The translations under genes and the position numbers were made by a program. Of a DNA stretch of 64,000 nucleotides, positions 52,691 through 64,000 are shown piece by piece. Source of the stretch: Octopus vulgaris (lineage: Eukaryota); assembly GCA_951406725.2 (NCBI GenBank), contig OX597819.1:9362001-9426000 (forward strand). The letters run 5' to 3'. The number at the start of each line of letters is the position of its first letter. Within the stretch, counting starts at the first letter, position 1. The notes beneath the pieces are model-generated. The model was not told the origin of the DNA, searched no databases, and was given only the letters and a program-made list of their open reading frames with translations.

Positions 52691-55000
52691 ATGTCTCAAT
52701 GATAACAAAGCAAAATTGGCACCGGTTTCGCCTTCAGCCGAGTCAACAAGGGCCGCGAACTCCAGTGAGAAATCAGACAGAGAGAAAGAAAATCAACTAC
52801 TGGTTCAAATCTTCCTGAAACACAGGAGCTGGAAATACCCCACAGCCGGAATATTCCACGCTCATCATCAAATAATCAAAAGAAAACAAAAGTAAAATCG
52901 TTCAGGGAAGATAATAAAGAAGTTCTTAAGGCCTTGTATCGTGCCATGTATTTCTCCACAAATAAATCCAGTACTAAACAAACTTACTTAAACTGGAGAG
53001 AGAAGCATCTTGAAGTAAGATCCTACATAGATAGTAAACAAGCTTTCCAACGTCAGAAGAAACATTATAAAAGAGAAATTACTAACTCAATTTGAGACTG
53101 ACCAGATTAAAAGATCAGTAAAAGATAAAAGGAACGAAGATGCAGCTAAAAAAGATATTACTTAAGAAATAATTACAGACCAACCCAGGTCTGGTGAAAA
53201 TGTAGTAATGGCAGAAAGAGTCAATGTAACTGATAAACAAAGGGAAATACTCTCTGAAGCATAAATTTCAAGGAAGATGAAAATCAAATAGTGATGTAAG
53301 TCACACACGAAATTGACCCAACTGAATTAGATGATCTAATGAATCAAATCATAATTGAATGGCTGAAAATTAAAGAAACCAGTATGAATGAACGTGACAC
53401 TCTTCCAAAAATTCGCAACACGATATGAAAAGTGCACTGGGTTCTTCAAGGACGACAACATGTTTAAAAAAACACAAAAGGTTTTTGCAGGAAGATAGTT
53501 AAAATATCAGTCTGCCCCATCAAAAGAAGTGCAAGGATTTGGGGATAAAATATGGGCAGAAGAAAAACTACACAATATAAAGGTCCCTTGGATTGATAGA
53601 ATATCTACTGACTCAGCCTCCTTAATAGAGCAAAAGTGGGAGGTATCAAGTTAGAGGATGTAAAATCTGCTCTCTGGAAATCAACCAAGTGGAAGTCTCC
53701 AGAAAATGATAAAATTCCTAACTTCTGTTGGTTAAATGCTTTCCCGGAGAGTCATGAACTGCTGACAAGACTTTACAACAATGTTTTGCAGCAACCTAAT
53801 TCGATTTTCTCTTGGTTAGTTAATGGTATTACATTTCTCCTTCCGAAAAATGAAGAAATAAATGAACCAAAAATTTATAGACCCATAATCTGCTTAACAA
53901 CAATGTATAAAATACTAACATCTATCTTGACTGAATACACCAATAGTTTTTTTAATAGACAGTAGCATCTTCTTTAATGAGCCAAAAGGGTCCTATGGTT
54001 GTAAAGATTAGCTACTCGTTAATAAGATGATTATGGAAGAAAGTCACAAACAACACAAGAACTTATCAATAGCCAGAGTAGACTACAAAAAACCCTCTGA
54101 GAGTTTACCACATAGCTGGATTAAGAAATGTTTGGAAAATTATAAAATAGCACCTATTCTTCGAAACTTCTTATCTGTAAGTGTAAGATCATGGAAAACA
54201 ACACTGACTTTGAACAGTGACAATGAAACAATGCTGGGGATGTAAGAATTTCATGTGACATTTTCCAGGGTGACTGTCAATCGCCACTCCTATTTTGTCT
54301 GGCTTTAATAACTTTTTCGAAATTACTCGATGATGTACAATATGGCTATAAAATGTTTGATAAAAATATAAATCATTTCTTTTACATGGATGATTTAAAG
54401 CTCTTTGCAAAATAAATTACCAGCAAGTACAGGGTTTACTGGCAATTTTAAAACAGTTCAGTGATGAAATCAGGATGGAATTTGGCCTAAAAGCTACCTT
54501 TATCAGAATGAAAATGATTGAAACATCCAACGTTAATCTTGAATAACAGAATGCTATAAAGGAGTTAGAACCAGCAGAGAGCTACATACACCTAGGGGTA
54601 TTTGAAGGCGATGGAATCAAGCATTCAATGATGAGGGAAAGGATCAGAAAAGAATGTTAATGCAGGGTAAGGGCAATACTCAAGACAGAGCTGAACGCAG
54701 GAAACAGGATAAAAGCAATCAAAACTGTAGCCATACCAGTCGTGACTTACAGTTTCAATATTATTAACTGGTCAATTATTGAAATCTGTAATCTTGACAG
54801 AGAAATATGAAAATTGTTGACAATATATAGGCGCAGGAGTGGCTGTGTGGTAAGTAGCTTGCTAACCAACCACATGGTTCCGGGTTCAGTCCCACTGCGT
54901 GGCATCTTGGGCAAGTGTCTTCTGCTATAGCCCCGGGCCGACCAATGCCTTGTGAGTGGATTTGGTAGACGGAAACTGAAAGAAGCCTGTCGTATATATG

Positions 55001-55033
<33 letters not shown>

Positions 55034-56148
55034 ATGTGTTTGCCCCCTAGCATTGCTTGACAACCGATGCTGGTGTGTTTACGTCCCCGTTACTTAGCGG
55101 TTCGGCAAAAGAGACCGATAGAATAAGTACTGGACTTACAAAGAATAAGTCCCGAGGTCGATTTGCTCGACTAAAGGCGGTGCTCCAGCATGGCCGCAGA
55201 CAAATGACTGAAACAAGTAAAAGAGTAAAGAGTAATGCATAGAATGCACCACCCTAAGGCAGATATAGAACGATTTACCTGCCAAGAAAAGAAGGTAGCC
55301 GTAGACTTTTACAACTGGAATTGACATGAAAATTGCCACAGTCGACCTTAACACTTACCCGAAAAATTCTGATGACTGGATGCTAAAACATGTCTGAAAG
55401 CATGAAAACAAGGAAGCGTCATACTCAGAAACAAAACAGGCAAAGAAATGTTTAAGGGAATTCCAAATACAACAAATCCCAGGATTAGACGTACAGGAAT
55501 CAAGTACAGAAAAAGCTAAGCATATGAACCCCTTGCTAAAACTGCTGCTTTAGATATTCTTACTGATAAATGGCAAGAAAAAACCTCTCAATGGCAAATA
55601 CTCAAAGAGAGCTAATAATGCTGATGTTGACAAAGCCCTTTACCCATCAATGCTTAGTGTCCTCTGGCGTAAAATCAGAAATAGAAGGGTTTATCATAGC
55701 AGCCCAAGATCAATGCCTAGTTACAAGAGGCAACAAGGCCAACATCTTAAAGAACGGCAGGTAGCCCAACATGTCGTGTATGTAAACAACAAAATGAAAC
55801 CATCGATTATGTTGTGTCAATGTGCAGCCTTCTTGTGCCGACAGAGTATCTCAACAGGCATCTCAACAGCACAGTATATTCACTGAGTAATTTGAAACGA
55901 CTTGGAACTGTCCCATGACAAAAACAGGGAGGAACACAAAACACTGCCATGCTTTAAAATGATCACATCTTACTCGTTTGGAACTTTACTGTTCGAATTG
56001 ACAGAAATAGACCAGACATTATATTGAAGGATTCAGACAAAAATCATGCCTCCTCATCGATATGACTGTCCCAATCGACATAAATGTATCTGTCAAGACC
56101 TACCAAAAACAAAGAAATTGTAAAGATCTGGAAACAGAAATTGGCAAA
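52691..56148 (+). pseudogene. Near-full-length decayed R4/Dong-like non-LTR retrotransposon ORF (RT, zinc knuckle, restriction-like endonuclease)
   Basis: WKSPENDKIPNF, YRPIICLTTMYKILT, VDYKKP.ESLPHSW, FQGD, YMDDLKLFA, YTYLGV, MHRMHHPKADIER, SEIEGFIIAAQDQ, CRVCKQQNETIDYVVSMC, PDIIL, IDMTVP; many stops and frameshifts. Confidence 0.88.
54830..55233 (+). mobile_element. SINE family B inserted in the R4-like ORF
   Basis: Imperfect TSD aatatatag/aatgcatag; removing the SINE restores LTMHRMHHPKAD. Confidence 0.93.
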
Positions 56149-57405
56149 TAAGAACTTATCAATCCCAGTACTTATTTTTTTGTAAAGCCTGGTACTTATT
56201 CTATCGGTCCCTTTTGCCGCAACCGGCCACTTGATCGGTAGCAAGGTAGCCATCATCCTTTAAACTTTATAAATGTCTTACAGATTTATGTTGTACCGTA
56301 TACCGTGATCATTTGAAGAGTAGGAACAAGGGAATTACTTTACTCGGGGCTGGTTGATATATTCACTATGGCATCAATAATAGTAGATATGAAACTGAAT
56401 ATCTGTCTTGGCCACTGGATTTGCAAACTCTTTATCAATGGTCCATAGACGTCCTTCTTTTTATGTATTTTTATGACCTGATTAACGTCCATAGGGCAGC
56501 TGATTTCCACAATAGAACATCATTTATTTTTCTGTAATCCCATACAACAATACAACAATATCTGACCGCTTGTATTTCAACTTAGTGTCTGTTTTAATCT
56601 TTATGATCCATTAATATTCTTTTGCCTCATTGGTCTCATAAATATGGCAGATGCTTGCGTGTTTAAATCTGAAATTATTGTTAAAGTTCCTTGATATTAT
56701 TTTATCTTACAAATAAACTCGCCATTTCGACTTCCATATAAAAAATGTGTGTCTGTGTGAATGTGTGTGTGTGTGAATGTGTGTGTGTCTGTGTGACTGT
56801 GTGTCAGTGTGTGGGGGGGTGAGCACACGCATGTTTACGTGTATGTGTATGCCTTTGCGTGTGTGTATGTGTGAATGGCATGAGCACAAAGGTTAGGTTA
56901 CTCAAATGCAACGTGTCATGTCATCACCAACTAAGCAGGCATCCTGAACAGGTTTCCTGATGAGGGGAATTGCTAAAAAAAAAACCAATCATGCACAAAA
57001 ACAATGCATAAAAAGGATAGATTTATTGATCATTGGAATCAACGGATATTTGTTTCATTATAAATAATCGATATGGCGAACGAGCCAGCTTTAATGCAAC
57101 GTTGCAAGTGATGAACCCCTAAAACAATTCCTCAACTAATATAGCAGAAACTCTGATTTATCACATTGTGTTTGTTCATTTTGTGTACTCCTTTTTCTGT
57201 TCTTTCTTTCTTTCTTTCTTGTTTTTGTGCCTGCAACCCACCTATGTTTGATATCAAGAAACAAACATCAAGGGTGCATCACGTGATGTAAAATGCGACG
57301 TTAAGAGAAATCGAAATTGTTTGGGGATGGGTGTATCCCGACTTTGCCCAGACTGCACCATTTGTGTCTAGCAGGAAACACTGTGTAAGCTGGTTCAGGT
57401 TACAC

Positions 57406-57449
<44 letters not shown>

Positions 57450-57659
57450 TTGGCAGGTTTGCTCTATGTTCCATCTTAAGCAAATTCTTTTCGTGGATTC
57501 TTCGCTAAAAACATTTCCTTTTTACCTTTCTTGTTAATGAGAGCTCATACATCGTTCTTGACGGCAAAGTTTACCATCATCTTTAACATCATTATCATCA
57601 TCATCATCATCATCATTATAAGCACATAAAATATATGTATATACATATATGTGTATGTT

Positions 57660-57959
57660 TAATGTGGTTTAGTCTGTGTATATATGCATAAATATATATG
57701 TGCGTGTGTGTATAAAAATATATAGATACGTTATATATATACATACATACATGCATACATATATACATATACATATGTACATATATATATGTATCTATAT
57801 ATCAATATACATATGTGTATATACATATATGTATATGCATATATATGCATATATATACATATATGTATGCATATATATATATGTATATGCATATATATAT
57901 ATATACACATATATATACATATGTATATGTATATATGTATGCATGTGTGTAAGAATGTA

Positions 57960-58004
<45 letters not shown>

Positions 58005-58020
58005 TACATATACATATACA
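57660..58020. repeat. Degenerate (TA/CA/TG)n low-complexity tract
   Basis: Direct inspection. Confidence 0.9.
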
Positions 58021-58144
58021 GGCCCAGTTATATACCTACATGCATGTATATCTGTGCATGTATTTATACGCTTACATCTAAGTCATATACAGAGTTGGCT
58101 AAAAGTCACCTGACAGAAAATCAACACAATTTAATTTCAAGATT

Positions 58145-58338
58145 TACTCTTTTACTCTTTTATTTGTTCCAGTCATTTGACTGCGGCAATGCTGGAGCAC
58201 CGTCTTTAGTCGAAAACATCGTCCCCAGAACTTATTCTTTGTAACCCTAGTCCTTGCCGAACTGCTAAGTTGCAAGTACGTAAACACACCAGCATTGGTT
58301 GTCAAGCGATGGTGGGGGACAAACACACACGTACACAC

Positions 58339-58419
<81 letters not shown>

Positions 58420-58579
58420 ACGGGCTTCTTTCAGTTTTCGTCTACCAAATCCACCCACAAGGCTTTGGTCGGCCCGAGGCTCTAGCAGAAGCAACATGCT
58501 CAAGGTACCACGCCGTGGGACTGAACCCAGAACAATGTGAGTGGTAAAGAAGCTACTTACCACACAGCCACTCCTCTGC
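58145..58579 (-). mobile_element. SINE family B, older copy with internal (TAGA)n/(TA)n
   Basis: Diverged match to family B. Confidence 0.85.
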
Positions 58580-59194
58580 CTGTTTATGTTTAACTGAATG
58601 AATTTAATAAAAGCATCTAAATATGAAACATCATGAAAATTGTTCAAACTAAAGTCCTTGAACGACACATTTTTTCCATTCGACTCAATACAGTGTTACG
58701 GATAGTATTTAAGGAATTTTGATTTACTGTCGATTGACCTTTGACCAACCATGTATATGTATACACATATATATATATATAGTTACATACACACAAACTC
58801 ACACACGTGTGTGTGTGTGTGTGTACATATATATATATATATACATATACACATACATACACAAACACACACACTCATATATCTCATACGTATGTGTACG
58901 CGAGTGTCTATATGACTGTATGCGTTGTGTTAAGCCTGCAAGTGTTAACCTGACATTATGTCAAGTTCCTGTTTAGAACACAAAAGAATGACTGTAACGT
59001 GTTTTTTTTTGTTTTTTGTTTTCTTTTTAAAAAATGTTTTGAAATTCTAATGACACTAATATCTGATATTTGGTGATAAGTCAAATTATGACACTAAATA
59101 TGTGTGTGCATACGTTAGTGTGTATGTATATGTGTGTGTATGTATGGGCGTATATATACATATATGTATATACATATATATGTACATATATGTA

Positions 59195-59247
<53 letters not shown>

Positions 59248-59279
59248 TATATATATACACACAAACATATGTATATACA

Positions 59280-59316
<37 letters not shown>

Positions 59317-59659
59317 TTATGATAACATACCTACATACATACATGCATACATATATATTTACGCATACAAATATTTAAACATATACTAATATGAATCTTG
59401 TTTGACGGGTGCGTTTTGAAATACAAGATTTTGTTTACACTTCATTATATTCGTATTTATTGGTACGTTTTATCTTAAAATATTTAAATTCTGAAATTCT
59501 TTACAAAATTAATGCATTCGCTGACAAAAGACAAACATTTTCTTGTTCATACATATTTCCATGAATGATTGCGTGCATATCTCTTTATACTGGATATTGG
59601 TGTGTTTTTTGCCCTCCCTGGAAATAGCAGCGATATCTCGCCTCAGATCACACTTTAAA

Positions 59660-60042
59660 GGAAGCACTCCGTCGGTTACGACGACGAGGGTTCCGGTTGA
59701 TCCGATCAACGGAACAGCCTGCTCGTGAAATTAACGTGTAAGTGGCTGAGCATTCCACAGACACGTGTACCCTTAACGTAGTTCTCGGGGATATTCAGCG
59801 TGACACAGAGAGTGACAAGGCCGGCCCTTTGAAATACAGGTACAACAGAAACAGGAAGTAAGAGTGAGAGAAAGTTGTGGTGAAAGAGTACAGCAGGCAT
59901 CACCACCATCCCCTGCCGGAGCCTCTTGGAGCTTTAGGTGTTTTCGCTCAATAAACACTCACAACGCCCGGTCTGGGAATCGAAACCGCGATCCTATGAC
60001 CGCGAGTCCGCTGCCCTAACCACTGGGCCATTGCGCCTCCAC
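59660..60042 (-). mobile_element. SINE family A, full length
   Basis: TSD cagatcacacttta. Confidence 0.93.
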
Positions 60043-60339
60043 AGATCACACTTTATCACTTTAAACGTAGAAGGATACCTTATGTATACTCTCTACACCT
60101 TAATAAAAAAAAAAGAATTAAATGGTCACAGCTGGAAGTCTCTGACCATAGGTTTCCTTATTCTCAGGTGAACAAAATATATCGTGGCTGCTGGTCTTGT
60201 TCTTGTTGTTGCTGTGAGTCATAACCAAACAAGCCTAAGCTTAAATATGTCCCCGTCTTGTTTCGCTTTTTTCTTTTTCTTTTGACAGCCCTATTTTTCC
60301 CCCAACAATGTATAACTTATCTTTTTCTAAGACGATATA

Positions 60340-60480
60340 TAAGGTTGTCCCAAAAGTTCGTAGAAAGTCTTGGAAAATAATGGTCTTTATTTTGAGGAAT
60401 AATTTTTGTTGTTTTTGTTAGTACTTGGCGAGTAAAAATTCAATTTTCGCACGTGTTTACGAACTTTTGGGACAACCTAA
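60340..60480. mobile_element. mariner-type MITE (141 bp)
   Basis: TA|taaggttgtcccaaaagttcgta ... tacgaacttttgggacaacctaa|TA; 23-bp TIR with one mismatch. Confidence 0.82.
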
Positions 60481-60805
60481 TATTACGATATGAAGAAAAT
60501 TTGACTGCTACTCGTAGCGCATTGAGTGACCTCGTAAAGTTTCCTTTATTGTTGTTATTCGTTGATGTATCTCCTCCATTTTAAACGCGACAGTTAAAAC
60601 ATTTTCTAGGAAGCCGACTGCTCTGAAACTGCACAAACTTTGGTGGATGGGTTCATGGATAAAAAGAATACATCTGCTTGATACCTTAAATGCAATGTCT
60701 CTGGAGTAGTCCTGAATGTTAATGGATGCATTCCATTATTGTTGTGCTTCTGATATTTTCAATACGAAGCAGTCTCAGCTACGATGTCAGAAAATGTAAC
60801 TATAG

Positions 60806-61248
60806 GCTCATGAGTGACTGTGTGGCAACAAGTTTGTTTCCCACCCACATGGTTCTGGTTTCAGTCTCACTGTGTGGCACCTTCGGCTTCTACTTTAGCT
60901 TCGGGCCGACCAATGCCTTGTGAGTGGATTTGGTAGACGAAAACTGGAAGAAGTCCATTGTGTATGTGTGTATATATTTATCTTTTATCTTTTACTTGTT
61001 CAGTCAGTTTTGACTGCGGCCGGGGTTTTAGTCCAGCAAATCGACACTAAAGCTTATTTTTAAAAGGCTGGTACTTATTCTATCGAAATGTTTTGCCGAA
61101 TCGCTAAGTTACACACCAGCACCGGTTGTCGACTGATGGTGGGAGACAGACACAAAGACACGCATACGTGGGGGTCGATTTGTTCGATTAAAACCCTTTA
61201 AAGCGGTGCCCCAACATGACCACAGTCAAATGACGAAAGATAAAAGAT
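60806..61248. mobile_element. Nested, oppositely oriented old SINE family B fragments
   Basis: Head on + (60806-60965), tail and body on - (60978-61165), tail on + (61170-61248). Confidence 0.65.
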
Positions 61249-61718
61249 ATGAGCTTTGGCAGTAAGATGCGATCTATCAGCGAATCGGCCGCAATTCCAA
61301 GCAAGACAAGCAAAGTTAACAGGGATGGTAGTTTGATGGAGCTTTGAATAAAATGGCCGGTCGCTATTTACGTAAATTATAGGTGATACTTCGGTACGTG
61401 TTCATTATATAATGCTTTTTGCCTTTTTTTTTTTTTGTTTATCTTTCACGGTTTTCAAATTTCTGTAGTTTGAACTTCAACCATTCAAATTGTTTCATTC
61501 ATTGACATTTATGTAATTAATTATTAATTTATTTTTTAAACAATGTAAATAGTACTTTTAAAAACACAATAATATGGAATTTCAGTTCAATGTTTCATAA
61601 ATGTTATTTAATAACTCGGATAATGAACTCGAAATTCTTGTAATAGCTGAACTAGTTTTCGAAATAAAGGCAGCAATGGTGAGCTCAATAATCATAACAT
61701 TCTTAATGTACTTTGTTA

Positions 61719-62106
61719 GGAGGCGCAATGGCCTAGTGGTTAGGGCAGCGGACTCGCGGTCGTAGGATCGCGGTTTCGATTCCCAGACCGGGCGTTGTGA
61801 GTGTTTATTGAGCGAAAACACCTAAAGCTCCACGAGGCTCCGGCAGGGGATGGTGGTGATCCCTGCTGTACTCTTTCACCACAACTTTCTCTCACTCTTA
61901 CTTCCTGTTTCTGTTGTACCTGTATTTCAAAAGGCCGGCCTTGTCACTCTCTGTGTCACGCTGAATATCCCCGAGAACTACGTTAAGGGTGCACGTGTCT
62001 GTGGAGTGCTCAGCCACTTACACGTTAATTTCACGAGCAGGCTGTTCCGTTGATTCGGATCAACCGGAACCCTCGTCGTCGAAACCGACGGAGTGCTTCC
62101 ATTCCA
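61719..62106 (+). mobile_element. SINE family A, full length
   Basis: Matches family A, (TTCCA)2 tail. Confidence 0.92.
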
Positions 62107-62111
62107 TGTTA

Positions 62112-62563
62112 AGCAGCGAGCTGGTGGAATCATTAGTACGCCGGGCAAAATGCTTTGCGGCATTTACTCCGTCCTTACGTCATGAGTTCAAATTCCGCCG
62201 AAGTCGACCTTACTTTCATCCATTCCGGATAAATAAAAAATAAGTTGCAGTTAAGCAATGAGGTCGATATAATCGCCTTATCCCTTACCCTGAAATTTTT
62301 AATTCTTTATTGCCCACAAGGGGCTAAACACAGAGGGGACACACAAGAACAGACAAACGGATTAAGTCGATTATATCGACCCCAGTAACTGGTACTTATT
62401 TAATCGACCCCGAAAGGATGAAAGGCAAAGTCGACCTCGGCGGAATTTGAACTCAGAACGTAGCGGCAGACGAAATACCGCTAAGAATTTCGCCCGGTGT
62501 GCTAACGTTTCTGCCAGCTCGCCTTACCCTGAAATTGGTGGTCTTCTGTCAAAATTTGAAACC
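62112..62563. mobile_element. Old SINE D (+) with a younger SINE D (-, ~62303-62524) inserted in its tail
   Basis: TSD ccttaccctgaaatt flanks the inner copy. Confidence 0.82.
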
Positions 62564-62565
62564 AT

Positions 62566-62614
<49 letters not shown>

Positions 62615-63202
62615 CTGTGTCTATGTGGTTGAGAAGCAAGCTTCTCACACACAGATACCCTTATGTATATACCTGCGTGTGTGTGTGTGTATGTGTTTGT
62701 GCCCCCGCCACCTCTTGACAACCGCCATGCCCGAGTCTGGAGATGCTTTTCAGCAGAGTCATTCGTTCCGTCCATTATATATTGGATCATTTCATCCGTT
62801 AAAAACTCATAGATTTCCAATGGCGAAATTCCATGTTCAAGGTATGCCTTTATGCCGGACGTACCAGCAAACCCATGCCATCGGACGAAATTATCTCTTG
62901 CTCACCACATGACGGTGCCACGCAGTAGGACTGAACCCAGGGCTATGTGGTTGAGAAGCAAAAATTTCAAATGCTGAAAATTCCAAATGCTGTCGTTTCA
63001 GTTTACTGAATATGTAATTGCAAACATATACTTACACACTTCAAATACAATCGCCATGTTTTATACAAAAAAAAGATAAAGATATTTGTTTTTAAGTAGG
63101 AAGCAGCTGTACATTCTCTAACTCTCATCAGCCTCTGATTAAGGGAATAAATGGGGTCTTTTTTAACAGATTCTGACTTTCTGATATTCAAAGCATAAGA
63201 AT

Positions 63203-63616
63203 TACTCTTTTACTCATTTACTCGTTTCAGTCATTTGACTGCGGCCATGCTGGAGCACCACCTTTAGTCGAGCAAATCGAGCCCAGGACTTATTCTTTTT
63301 GTAAGCCCAGTACTTATTCTATTGGTCTCTTTTGCCGAACCGCTAAGTGACGGGGACGTAAACGCACCAGCATCGGTTGTCAAGCAATGCTAGGGGGACA
63401 AACACAGACACACAAACACACACACATACTTTTATATATATATATACATATATACGACAGGCTTCTTTCAGTTTCCGTCTACCAAATCCACTCACAATGC
63501 ATTGGTCGGTTCGGGGCTATAGCAGAAGACACTTGCCCAAGATGCCACGCAGTGGGACTGAACCCGGAACCATGTGGTTGGTTAGCAAGCTACTTACCAC
63601 ACAGCCACTCCTGCAC
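63203..63616 (-). mobile_element. SINE family B
   Basis: Matches family B. Confidence 0.92.
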
Positions 63617-64000
63617 TTTAATCTTTTTAAATGCGAATAAAAATCTTGGTAGTGAGTTTTAAAAATCCACACATAAACGAAGATATGGCACAACCTCTAC
63701 TAGAGTTTTTGCAAGCCAACAAGCAGCCCCAATGCACTTGTATGGCATGCTAAAAATAGCAGGCAAATTTGTTCCATAGCACACAGAACTATTTTTTAAA
63801 ATGTAGCACAATGTATGATGAAGTACTAAATACTTTTTGAAAAAGTGTTGGATGTTGACATCTGAAAAGCCTTTGATCGTCGATTTGTTTGATCAGTGTT
63901 GATCTGAGAGTTTGGAGTGATTCTTTAAATAATTATAATATATAATTGTTGTTACCTATTTCTTTGAAATATATTATTATTCCCTCCAATAGTGACATAG
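63617..64000 (-). repeat. Inverted duplicate of 47954-48336, running off the window edge
   Basis: Reverse complement identical apart from one homopolymer-length difference seen. Confidence 0.95.

Overview
AT-rich, microsatellite-saturated eukaryotic DNA with no supportable intact host gene. Its repeat content resembles an octopus/cephalopod intergenic or deep-intronic region, which is an inference from the repeat families rather than a database result. Almost all ORFs in the track are translations of (TA)n/(TG)n/(TATG)n tracts or of SINE bodies. Recognisable content: three abundant tRNA-like SINE families (called A, B and D here, many copies with target-site duplications), an older CORE-like SINE, about ten non-autonomous Helitrons, a full-length dead Tc1-type transposon with DD36E spacing, mariner- and piggyBac-type MITEs, and decayed non-LTR retrotransposons (two R4/Dong-like elements, plus RTE and CR1/L2-like fragments). 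The most notable signal is a set of palindromic, partly tandem modules inserted in (TA)n tracts that carry type I hammerhead ribozyme folds. Three copies look intact (38736-38842 on -, 39573-39679 on +, 17935-18017 on -) and several more from unrelated families are decayed, consistent with Penelope-like/retrozyme elements. Folds and coordinates were worked out by eye and may be off by a few bases.
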